Assembly: GCF_001194135.2 (NCBI RefSeq)
Contig: NC_068991.1
Span: 31,217,172 to 31,250,825 of the forward strand
Origin: Octopus bimaculoides
Taxonomy: Eukaryota
DNA length: 33,654 nucleotides
Direction: 5' to 3'
In this document: one piece after another, positions 10,881-20,794 of the stretch
Layout: each line of letters opens with the position of its first letter
How positions within the stretch are numbered: the first letter of the stretch is position 1
Notes under the pieces: model-generated
The model's input: the letters and a program-made list of their open reading frames with translations, nothing else
The model's database searches: none
What the model was told of the DNA's origin: nothing
Position numbers and translations under genes: made by a program

Positions 10881-11259
10881 CAGTAACTTTATATATATNN
10901 NNNNNNNNNNNNNNNNNNNNNNNNNNNNNNNNNNNNNNNNNNNNNNNNNNNNNNNNNNNNNNNNNNNNNNNNNNNNNNNNNNNNNNNNNNNNNNNNNNNN
11001 NNNNNNNNNNNNNNNNNNNNNNNNNNNNNNNNNNNNNNNNNNNNNNNNNNNNNNNNNNNNNNNNNNNNNNNNNNNNNNNNNNNNNNNNNNNNNNNNNNNN
11101 NNNNNNNNNNNNNNNNNNNNNNNNNNNNNNNNNNNNNNNNNNNNNNNNNNNNNNNNNNNTATATATATATATATATATATGATAGCACTTTATATGTCAC
11201 TGTTAAATATGTTACCCATGTAGGGTGAGACTTCACTAATATTTGCCTGCTGTTTCCAG

Positions 11260-11313
11260 CAGGTAATACGACGATATAAATGCCCACCATTGACGCTTTG
11301 GTTTCCACTACAG
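11260..11313 (+). other. Candidate 54-nt exon (unverified)
   Basis: Acceptor TGTTTCCAG, donor CAG|GTGAGC, single open frame QVIRRYKCPPLTLWFPLQ; no homology recognised. Confidence 0.15.
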
Positions 11314-11688
11314 GTGAGCATTATCTGTCGTTTCAGAGAGAGCGAGAGAGAGGGGGGGAGAGAGAGAGAAAGTGCAGAGGATAACTGAAGTGACAGCAAG
11401 TTCGACTGGAAGAATGTAAGAAAACAGTAGAAACCCTATCAGCTATTACCGTCCAGTGATTAAAAACAATATCTAAAACAACTATAATCATTAACTATTA
11501 AATCATCAAGCAGCTACCACTGGTAATATCAGACAGTAGAGATATTAACAGACGCTAGGATGTCTGCAGGAAATACTCTCCAAATTACAAACATAATTAC
11601 AAATGACATTGTTATTCTATAGACTTACTTCCGTTATGTTACGCAAAACACACACACATATGAATATATATGTGTTATTGTATATATA

Positions 11689-11989
11689 CAGGGTGCGATA
11701 GGTAAATTGTCGCCACTTTATATTTTCAGTTTCACGCATTCGCATTGTTTGTTTTTGATTTTGTTGACTACACAGTATAATAGGGTCAGAAATTTGGAAT
11801 CATGCAATACTGTTAGGCATTCGCGCGGGAAGCTCCAATACGAACATTTCAGAGTGCTTGGGCGTCAATCTGAAGACAGTGCAGAGGATTCGGAAAGAGT
11901 CGGATGGGTCTAATGGTGATTACGAAGGTACGGCAGCTCGGAAAACTCACTCTGATCGTTCTGATAAGAAAAGAACTACTGAATTTGTT
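11689..11989 (+). mobile_element. Left end of Tc1/mariner (maT/DD37D-like) transposon, truncated
   Basis: TA|CAGGGTGCGATAGG terminus. HTH-like N-terminus EIWNHAILLGIRAGSSNTNISECLGVNLKTVQRIRKE..ARKTHSDRSDKKRTTEFVG, ending abruptly at the PLE. Subfamily assignment is from recalled similarity. Confidence 0.75.
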
Positions 11990-13797
11990 GGTCTGCTAAG
12001 GAGGTTGTTGCATCCTAGCATATGTGCTGCTTCTTTTAGTTTTCGTATTTTCCAGTGGTGTTCTCTGTCTATTATTTTAACTTCATCCCACAGGGGAGGT
12101 GGTCTCCATTTTTCTCTACCCGATTTATCAATATTTCCTCGTGTCACAACTTTGCGGGGTGGGGTGCATGTTTCGCCTTTGTATAACCTACTACAACTGC
12201 ATAGGATGGAGTACACGCAGTTTTTGGTCATATTCTCTTCTATTGATGGTTTTACTCGAAGGAGATATTTGCGAAGTGTTGTATTACTCTTGAATACTGT
12301 CCTGATGTCATAAGGGCCGTATATCTTTTGTATCTTTTCAGAGAGGCGTTTCACATAGGATAAATAGACTGCGGACAGTTTATTGTTTTCATCTTCTGTT
12401 TTCTTCATAATTGGAGTGGATAGTATGTTTTGGGGTACTTGTTGCTTAATAGATTGTTACTGAGCTTGATCATTTCTTCGTGGTGGGTATCACGATCGCT
12501 ACTTATGTTCTTTGTTCGATGTTTTAGGCACTGAGTAATCCCCCTCTTTACACTGTATGGATGGTGGGAACTGAAGTTGGGGTATCGTCCAGTGAAGGTC
12601 GGCTTGCGGTATACGGATGTCCTGAATCCATACTTGGTGCGTGTTATTAATATGTCCAGGAATACTAGCTGATTGTCTTTTTCCTTCTCCATTGTGAACT
12701 GTATTGATGGCTTTATTGAGTTCACATGTTCTAACAGCACTTGGACACTTCCTGTTCGGGCCAGAGTATAAATGTGTCATCAACATATCGCAGCCATAGG
12801 GTTAGTTTTTGTGGTGTTGATCCTAAAGCCAAATTCTCGAAATATTCCATGTATATATTGGCTATTATCGGTGATAATGGCAAACCCATAGCGAAGCCCT
12901 CTGCTGTCGACATATATCAGTGTCCATACTGAAGTAGGTAGTTTTTACACAGAACATCAGAACATTTACATCAAGTTTCTTATTGGTATACTAGTGCGTT
13001 CTTTTAGATGGGTGTCTGTCACAAGTTTCTCTTGGATCCCCGATAGTGCTTCACCAGATGGGACTTTGGTGAACAGACTTATCACATCTAGACTCACCGT
13101 CTGGTTGGATTCAATTGGGGTAACCTTGATCAATTCTATGAAGCGGGTGGAATTCTTCACGTATGATGTTGACTTTCCTGCTAATGGACTGATTATATCC
13201 ACAAGGAGGCGGCTCAGTGGATGACATGCTGAACCTCTACAGCTCACTATAGGTCTTAATGGAATACCATTCTTGTTAATCTTAGGGAGACCGTACATGT
13301 GTGGTAGTTTACTGTAGTGTTGAGTCAGTTGTCTGTACTTCATTGGTGTAAAGTGATCCTTGTTCTTGATCAAGATCTGTGACAACTTCCTCTCTGTTTT
13401 CAGAGTTGGGTCTTTCTTTACTTTGCGGTAGCTACCATCACTTATAAGACTTGCCAATTTTTTCGAGTAGTCAGACTTGTTCATCACCACTGTAGCATTT
13501 CCCTTGTCTGCTGGAAGTATTATGATGGAATTGTCACTCTGTAGTCTTTTGATAGCGAACTTTTGTTCTTTAGTGATGTTTGGTTTGGGAAGTTTCGCTT
13601 TTTCTAGTACCAGTCTCACTTTCCGCCTTAGTTCATCTCCTTGAGCTTTTGGTATATTTACGGCTATCTCTCCAATAGGGACAATTATATCCAACTATGG
13701 AATGTGCTTGATGGTTGTCGCAAAGTTGAGACCTATTTTTTAGTACTGCTTCTCCAGTGTCGGCTACTTACATTAATTACTGCTTTCACAGGTGGGT
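11989..13797 (-). mobile_element. Penelope/Poseidon-type PLE, near-complete RT plus GIY-YIG, frameshifted, lacking its 3' terminus
   Basis: VINVSSR..GLNFA; ILPADKGNATVVMN; YGLPKINK..PLRPIVS; SLDVISLFTKVP; AMGLPLSPIIANIYME; WLRYVDDTF; FLDILITR..VYRKPT; CVYSILCSCSRLYKGET; KIRKLKEAAHM. Confidence 0.95.
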
Positions 13798-14684
13798 GAA
13801 AAGTCGTACATGAAAGAATTTGAAATGGTGAAGACACGCCAGATTAAGAGGTTTTTGAAACTCAAAGGTTAGAGATTGAAGTCCGTCGCCCACCTGTTAA
13901 AGCAGTAATTAATGTAAGTAGCCGACATCTCGAAAGCTCTGAAGAAGCAGTACTAGACAAAGGTTTTTTTACTGGACGATACCCCAACTTCAATTCCCAC
14001 CATCCTTACAGTGTAAAGAGAGGGATTGCTCAGTGCCAAAAACATCGAGCAAAGAATATAAGTAGCGATCGTGATACCCACCACGAAGAAATGATCAAGC
14101 TCAGTAACAATCTATTTAGCAACAAGTACCCCAAAACATACTATCCACTCCAATTATAAAGAAAACAGAAGATGAAAACAATAAACTGTCCGCAGTCTGT
14201 TTATTCTATGTGAAACGCCTCTCCGAAAAGATACAAAAGATATACGGCCCTTATGACATCAGGACAGTATTCAAGAGTAATACAACACTTCGCAACAAAT
14301 ATCTCCTTCGAGTAAAACCACCAATAGAAAAGAATATGACCAAAACCTGCGTGTACTCCATCCTATGTAGTTGTGGTAGGTTATACAAAGGCGAAACATA
14401 CCCCACGCCGCAAAGCCGTGACACGAGGAGATATTGATAAATCGGGTATAGCTGATCATGGATGGAAAAATGGAGACCACCTCCCCTGTGGGATGAAGTT
14501 AAAATAATAGACAGAGAACACCACTGGAAAATACGAAAACTAAAAGAAACAGCACATATGCTACGACATAATAACCTCCTAAGCAGACCGAGTGCAGATA
14601 TAAATAGCATATAGGAACTGGTTTTAAGGAAGGATAGGAAAATATTAGACTTATAAGCCCTAAAATTCACTCCATATTGCACAT

Positions 14685-14750
14685 GTGCATATGGTGTAGT
14701 GGTTGAGAGCGCGGGCTACTAACTCCAAAATTCCGAGTTCGATGTCAAGC
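14685..14750 (+). promoter_or_regulatory. tRNA-like segment with Pol III A and B boxes inside the PLE 3' terminal region
   Basis: A box TGGTGTAGTGG (14692-14702); anticodon-loop-like GGG-CTACTAA-CTC; B box GAGTTCGATGTC (14735-14746). Not a complete cloverleaf tRNA. Confidence 0.65.
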
Positions 14751-14822
14751 AGTAATCTGAATAATAATAATAACATCTATAAATACCTTAGGAATGAGAA
14801 CTCAGGTTCGAAATTTCCCCAA

Positions 14823-14868
14823 GACACCTGATGAAAGCTGGAGGGTATATCAGGCAAAACTTTGTGTT
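14823..14868 (+). ncRNA. Decayed minimal type-I hammerhead ribozyme
   Basis: GACAC-CTGATGA-AAGCTG-GAGGGTATAT-CAGGC-AAAACTTT-GTGTT: stem I and CUGAUGA are intact; GAAA reads AAAA and the ACGT stem III reads ACTT, so probably inactive. Confidence 0.65.
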
Positions 14869-14912
14869 AACAACAAACAAGATGAGGACAAATATCTGTC
14901 AAATGTAAATAA

Positions 14913-14951
<39 letters not shown>

Positions 14952-15620
14952 NNNNNNNNNNNNNNNNNNNNNNNNNNNNNNNNNNNNNNNNNNNNNNNNN
15001 NNNNNNNNNNNNNNNNNNNNNNNNNNNNNNNNNNNNNNNNNNNNNNNNNNNNNNNNNNNNNNNNNNNNNNNNNNNNNNNNNNNNNNNNNNNNNNNNNNNN
15101 NNNNNNNNNNNNNNNNNNNNNNNNNNNNNNNNNNNNNNNNNNNNNNNNNNNNNNNNNNNNNNNNNNNNNNNNNNNNNNNNNNNNNNNNNNNNNNNNNNNN
15201 NNNNNNNNNNNNNNNNNNNNNNNNNNNNNNNNNNNNNNNNNNNNNNNNNNNNNNNNNNNNNNNNNNNNNNNNNNNNNNNNNNNNNNNNNNNNNNNNNNNN
15301 NNNNNNNNNNNNNNNNNNNNNNNNNNNNNNNNNNNNNNNNNNNNNNNNNNNNNNNNNNNNNNNNNNNNNNNNNNNNNNNNNNNNNNNNNNNNNNNNNNNN
15401 NNNNNNNNNNNNNNNNNNNNNNNNNNNNNNNNNNNNNNNNNNNNNNNNNNNNNNNNNNNNNNNNNNNNNNNNNNNNNNNNNNNNNNNNNNNNNNNNNNNN
15501 NNNNNNNNNNNNNNNNNNNNNNNNNNNNNNNNNNNNNNNNNNNNNNNNNNNNNNNNNNNNNNNNNNNNNNNNNNNNNNNNNNNNNNNNNNNNNNNNNNNN
15601 NNNNNNNNNNNNNNNNNNNN

Positions 15621-15681
<61 letters not shown>

Positions 15682-16046
15682 TATGTATGTGTTTGTGAAA
15701 GCTTTTACCATATCAAATTAAGAAATCAAAGTCCAGACCGAAATAAAGTTACTTTCTAATTGAAATCCAGGAAGGAAAATGAATTAGTGTAATTAAAGTT
15801 GACGAATAAAATTGGTAATTTCAATTATCTGTAGTGAATGGGATTAACCAGTTTATTAATAGGTTGATTAAGTGCATATATGAATGATCTGCAATCATAA
15901 CTAGATTTCTAACCTGCCACGCATAGCAATTGCTTTTCCGTTTTCTTCTTTTACATCCAAAAATAGTAGGTAATCCTATTTTAATTATTCAAGTATTTAT
16001 AAACCTTTGTTCGCTCCTCATCTACATACACGCAAGCACACACACA

Positions 16047-16089
<43 letters not shown>

Positions 16090-16349
16090 ACACACACACA
16101 CACAAACAGCGACTCGGAGTTGCACTTAAAGTTACGATTCGATTAGAGTCAATATAGTAGACGAAAACACTTGAATTTGGTTCATAAGTAAATGTGTGTG
16201 TGTGTGTGAGTGTGTGTGAGTGTGTGTCTGTGCGTGTGCGTGTGCGTGTACGTGTGTATGTGTGTAAAAATCGATAGTTATGAATATACATACATGAATA
16301 TACCTCCATATACCTTCATAGATTAAGCTGCGTTCTCCTTTCAGATACG

Positions 16350-16527
16350 TGCGAGTATTTAGTAGAAATTTCCAAGATTTTTACTTACGTACAGTGTTCG
16401 AATTCCGTCGAGGTCGACTTTACCTTTCGAGAACGATAAAATAAGAATTAGTTATGCACTGGGGACGATTTAATCGACTTAGCCCTCCCCCAAATTGCTG
16501 GCCTTGTGCCAACATTTGAAACTAATA
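16350..16527 (+). mobile_element. SINE family B
   Basis: GTTCGAATTCCGTCGAGGTCGACTTTACCTTT..GATAAAATAAG..GCTGGCCTTGTGCCAACATTTGAAAC. Confidence 0.8.
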
Positions 16528-16571
16528 TCCTACGCCATATTTTGACGTCTTCTGAACGGTTAGACACACAA

Positions 16572-16573
<2 letters not shown>

Positions 16574-16639
<66 letters not shown>

Positions 16640-16850
16640 ACACAACTTGAACTGCCATCACCACACAATCATAATAATCAGCACTATCAGTACCACAGAA
16701 ACCAACATCACCACTATGAGTACATTCACCCCTACTATCATCACAATCACCAGCACCGCGATGATCGCGGTCATCATCGTCACACCGCCGCCATCGCCAT
16801 ACAACCACCACTACTACACTCTTCACCATCATTATCATGGTCTCGATCTG
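16574..16850. repeat. (CA)n followed by degenerate CAC/CAT trinucleotide tract
   Basis: Direct reading. Confidence 0.85.
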
Positions 16851-17077
16851 CTAGAAATAACAGCTAAATCTCTGTCGAATCACTCCCTACCTTTTAGAAA
16901 TTGACCCAGTGGATAAGGTGATCCACATTAGATAAGGTAGTCCACCGTACTAACTGATCTAATGTGCCCCCAAAAAAGAGATGGTCACGATTGGAGTGCT
17001 CTTGATTGTTAGATTAGAGCTTACCTGGTATCTGAACAACACCACAAACTTTAGCACCAAGTAGTCGGGTAGATGAA

Positions 17078-17425
17078 CTACTACTACTACTACTACTACT
17101 ACTACCATTATCACCTCTACCAAGACTCCTACTATTATTGCAGCTCTACTCGCTGAGGACTGGTTCGAGACCAAACAGCAACAACAAAATACCAATAACG
17201 AAATAATAACAAAAGTAATATATACAACTCCAGTCTAAATATACAATAGCAATCACAAGCTGATTAAAAAGACAACAATAATAATGGCGAAAGCAACAGT
17301 AACACGAACAATAACAACTATAAGAATTATAACAACAGCGCTGTAACAGTACGACAATAGCTACAGCAATAGTAGCAGTACTGAATAATAAGAACAATAA
17401 GCATCCAGAACAATGCAACAACAAT
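17078..17425. repeat. Degenerate (ACT)n/(AAC)n/(AAT)n low-complexity tract
   Basis: Direct reading. Confidence 0.85.
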
Positions 17426-17427
17426 AA

Positions 17428-17495
17428 ATCTTTTCAACTCTAGGTACAAGGCCCGAAATTTTTGGGGAGGAGGGGCAGTCGATTAGATCGACCTT
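17428..17495 (-). mobile_element. SINE family B, 3' fragment
   Basis: Reverse complement of the GTCGAT..TCGAC..CCCC..GGCCTTGTACC..TTGAA tail. Confidence 0.65.
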
Positions 17496-17520
17496 ACTAT
17501 GCAACAACAATAATAATTCC

Positions 17521-17718
17521 AAATATTTGCACAAGGCCAGCTGATTTGGGGGCTGGATAGGTTTATTAAATCGACTGGAACCTAATGCTTAACTGATACT
17601 TATTTCATCGACTCCGAAAGGATGAAAGGATGAAAGTCGACCTCGGCGGAATCTGAACTCAGAAGAAATGCCGCTAAGCATTTGTGCCCGGCTTGCTAAC
17701 GATTCTGCCAGCTCACCA
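17521..17718 (-). mobile_element. SINE family B, near full length
   Basis: Minus head GGTGAGCTGGCAGAATCGTTAGC..GAGTTCAGATTCCGCCGAGGTCGACTTTCATCCTTT. Confidence 0.85.
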
Positions 17719-18167
17719 CTTTACAATACAACAATAATAATAGCAAATTAACAGTAACAGCTACAGTAAACTACAACAACAGTAATAATGATCAAGATCT
17801 ATACAGCAGTGAAACAATAGACTACAAAACAATACAACACAATATTAACAACATACTAATTAATGATAGTAAAACTTCTCTTAAAGAGAAAGAAATAAAA
17901 TTTGACAGATAAACAGTAGACCTTGGATTCCCTTTTCCCTTAAGGTCAACAGTAAAATATCTGGAGCGTGAAATAGTCCTTTTTATATACTTGTACCTCA
18001 TCTCGAAGTACATGTCAACTGAAATCATACGAGTTTTCGGCCAATGACGATTGTGTGAACAAAAAATAACATGTTGCTTTCTTAAAAGAGAGATTTCTGA
18101 ATTTGTCTGTTGCTACTGCTACGATTTCTGCATGCACGGTGATACTTTATCACATGAAATATCATTT

Positions 18168-18305
18168 TGAGTTCAAATCTCGCCGAGGTCAGCTTTGCCT
18201 TTCATCCTTTTGATTTTGATAAAAGAAAGTACTAGTGACGTATGAAGATCGATGGTATATCGACTAACCCCACTGAAACTGCTGACCTTGTGCCACCAAA
18301 CATTT
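18168..18305 (+). mobile_element. SINE family B, headless/diverged
   Basis: GAGTTCAAATCTCGCCGAGGTCAGCTTTGCCTTTCATCCTTT..GACCTTGTGCC. Confidence 0.8.
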
Positions 18306-18517
18306 TGTCCGACGCACTAATAATCCTGCCAGCGTGCTGCCTAATTATTTTTCCCACATCGTGAACTCGAGTCACCTCGAAACGAATTACAATATCGAAA
18401 TTATGGTATTCATAGTTCTCGATCACTTATTAGGCAAGCGGTCTCGTCTGATTTGAGGTACTCAGTGTTTTTTTCTTTTAACACTTGGCATCTTATATAT
18501 GCACACACGTGCGCAAA

Positions 18518-18629
<112 letters not shown>

Positions 18630-18662
18630 TATACATAACTTTTACTTGTTTCATTGAAGAAT

Positions 18663-18851
18663 TTTTAGTCGAATGTATATAGACCCCAGTACTTATATTT
18701 TTAAAGCCTGGTACTTATTCTATCGGTCTATTTTGCCGAACCGCTAGGTTACAGGGACGTAAACACACCACCATCTGTTGTCAAGTGGTGTGGAGGGAGA
18801 AATGCAGACACACACATGTACATACACACATATATACATGTATGTGTACAT

Positions 18852-18889
<38 letters not shown>

Positions 18890-19084
18890 TACATATATAC
18901 GGCGGGCTTCTTTCAATTTCCGTCTACCAAATCCACTCACAAGACTTTGGTCGGCCCGAGGCTATAGTAGAAGGCACATGCCCAAGCTGGCTATGTTCAT
19001 CCTCAAAAGCTGGCTATGCAGTGGGACTGAATCCGAAATTATGTGTTTGAGAAGCCAGATTCTTACCACACAGCTGCGCCTGCG
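18663..19084 (-). mobile_element. SINE family A with internal CA/TA microsatellite and a small insertion
   Basis: Matches 7669-8209 and 23790-23985; extra sequence at 18984-19018. Confidence 0.9.
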
Positions 19085-19602
19085 ACTTGAAAAGTCTTGC
19101 AGGTTTTTACTGCTCTACTTAACAGTTTGCGTTTGTAAAATGCACATTAGCTAATTTCTTTCTTAGCTGTTACAGATTGTTGCTTAAATTAAATGCAGTC
19201 GTGATAATTGGTATAAATGTGAATTTATAATCAGGATATAGATGAATTTATGTATATATGTACAGTATTTTCCAAGTTGAATTATTCGGATCAATATTTA
19301 CAGCCAAAACAGGTGGGTCGACTTATAAACCAAGATGACTTTGGTAGACTAAAAAATCCATACAAGATGCAGTAGGATTTGGAAAGATAGAGACGATATT
19401 TGAATGTTTACACTACATACTTCATTGAATTATATACCAGGAAATCGGTACGTATGCATATATATATATGCATGTATATGTATCTATGTAAGTATATATA
19501 TATATACATATATGTGTGTGTGTACCTGTGTGAGTTTCTGGGGATATTTCATCCAGGCAGACATCGTGTTCGCTTCATTGGATGGTAATATTATCTCGAG
19601 TG

Positions 19603-19746
19603 TATATTAGCAATAATTATAACGATATAGAACATGGAGACGTGTTCATCCTCAAAATTTATTTCCTTTTATTTTATGATTTTATACAGCATATTGTTAT
19701 TGAACAAGTTTCCATGTTCTATATCGTTGTAAATATTGCTTATATA
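19603..19746. mobile_element. MITE-like hairpin: 46-bp inverted repeats, 52-bp spacer, TA-rich ends
   Basis: 19603-19648 TATATTAGCAATAATTATAACGATATAGAACATGGAGACGTGTTCA versus the reverse complement of 19701-19746: 5 mismatches in 46. Confidence 0.8.
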
Positions 19747-19889
19747 NNNNNNNNNNNNNNNNNNNNNNNNNNNNNNNNNNTATATATATATATATATATC
19801 GTTTTTTCTAGAAAAACATAAATCCGGGGAAGAAGCACACTCTAAGAAGTAAAGCAGTCTATATTAATTACTGGTGAAGGCCGGTTTAT

Positions 19890-19934
19890 AGGGTTACCCT
19901 GGGTTTCTCGCCATAAAGGTACCCTTCAGACCCT
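19890..19934 (-). ncRNA. Type-I HHR, left arm (5' strand of stem II deleted)
   Basis: AGGGT-CTGAAG-[deleted]-GGTACC-TTTATGGCGA-GAAA-CCCAGGG-TA-ACCCT. Confidence 0.7.
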
Positions 19935-20664
19935 AAGACCCATTGGCCTATGCTCTCTTTAAAAAATATGGAAGGGGAAACGATAGATATAAAAAATGGG
20001 GATTATCTCCCTTTGGTGCTGGTCCTCCTTCAGTCACGCCACCTGTTGATTATGTGGGTAAAAGGTAGGGGGTTATCCCCTACTCTCATCAGCAATCAAT
20101 TTCCAGCTGTGGTATAATTATCGCTAATCCCGCTATTATCGCTATTATGCGGTTCCCAAAACGCTAACAGGAATCTCCTCAAATGCAAGCACGACCCGAA
20201 AATCTTCGTTGTGGAGTTCAGTACGGTTCCTAGTACGTGCGAGTTTTTCAGGATTTCCATGCGTTCGGCTACGCATAGCTTGTAGCATTTCGTTCCATTT
20301 ATGTACGGATCCGGACGGTGGAGGATTTTCTATGATATCGGGTATGAGATACCATCTTCATCCAGTTGCCAGATATGACTGGCCAGCGATATTACGTATC
20401 TCCTTTCCGGGACCCTGAAGGAGGATCTATGGTTGAAAAGGCGTTTCTTAAAGGTTCTTGGGAACCGCATAATAGCTGGATTAGCAATAATTACAGCACA
20501 GTTGGAAATTGAATGCTGGAAGGTAAACCCTCATAGCCGACAGGTGGCGTAACTGAAGGAGAACGCCACAGCAGGAAGCACCAAAGGGAGATAATCATCA
20601 TTCTTTATATCTGTATCGTTTCCGCTCCATATTTTTTTGAGGAGGCCATAGGCCAACAGGTCTT

Positions 20665-20722
20665 TGGGCCTGAAGATACGCCACAAAGGCACCGTTTATG
20701 GTGAGAAACCCAGGATAACCCT
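20665..20722 (+). ncRNA. Type-I HHR, right arm (catalytic core intact)
   Basis: TGGGC-CTGAAGA-TACGCCACAAA-GGCACCG-TTTATGGTGA-GAAA-CCCAGGA-TA-ACCCT: CUGAAGA, long stem II, GAAA and UA cleavage site; one mismatch in stem III. Confidence 0.75.
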
Positions 20723-20762
20723 ATAAACCGGCCTTCACCAGTAATTAATATGTGTGTGTGTG

Positions 20763-20794
<32 letters not shown>

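Larger units (their letters stand above)
13798..14915 (+). mobile_element. Second copy of the same PLE, inverted head-to-head, RT deleted, 3' terminal repeat retained
   Basis: N-terminal piece KAVINVSSRHLESSEEAVLDKG (13890-13963) jumps at about 13967 to FTGRYPNFNSHHPYSVKRG. 13968-14590 is roughly 95% identical (by eye) to the reverse complement of 11989-12595. It ends in a (TG)(TA)n tract. Confidence 0.95.
19861..20751. mobile_element. PLE 3' fragment with inverted terminal repeat (about 300-bp arms around GIY-YIG C-terminal coding sequence)
   Basis: Arms at 19861-20159 and 20458-20751. Minus-strand frame 20458-20096: TFKKRLFNHRSSFRVPERRYVISLASHIWQL..S*KIL..PYINGTKCYKLCVAERMEIL..LNSTTKIFGSCLHLRRFLL, the KR..NH..SF / HIW / CxxC / CxH signature of PLE GIY-YIG C-termini. 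Confidence 0.85.

Noticed and set aside
11270-11370. TATA box plus GA-repeat promoter
   Set aside because: TATAAA is expected by chance in AT-rich DNA; no supporting initiator or downstream gene.
14685-14750. Genuine tRNA gene
   Set aside because: No acceptor stem and a broken T arm; embedded in a PLE end, so treated as tRNA-derived.
14794-15759. Long ORFs crossing N-runs (also 3127-4470, 7590-8078, 10862-11308, 21458-22366, 23472-24546, 30454-31134)
   Set aside because: Ns cannot encode stops, so the lengths are artefacts; only the PLE part of 3127-4470 is real.
19861-20751. MULE/Foldback-type DNA transposon
   Set aside because: The interior encodes a PLE GIY-YIG C-terminus that runs into one arm, and the arms contain HHRs; no 8-10 bp TSD.
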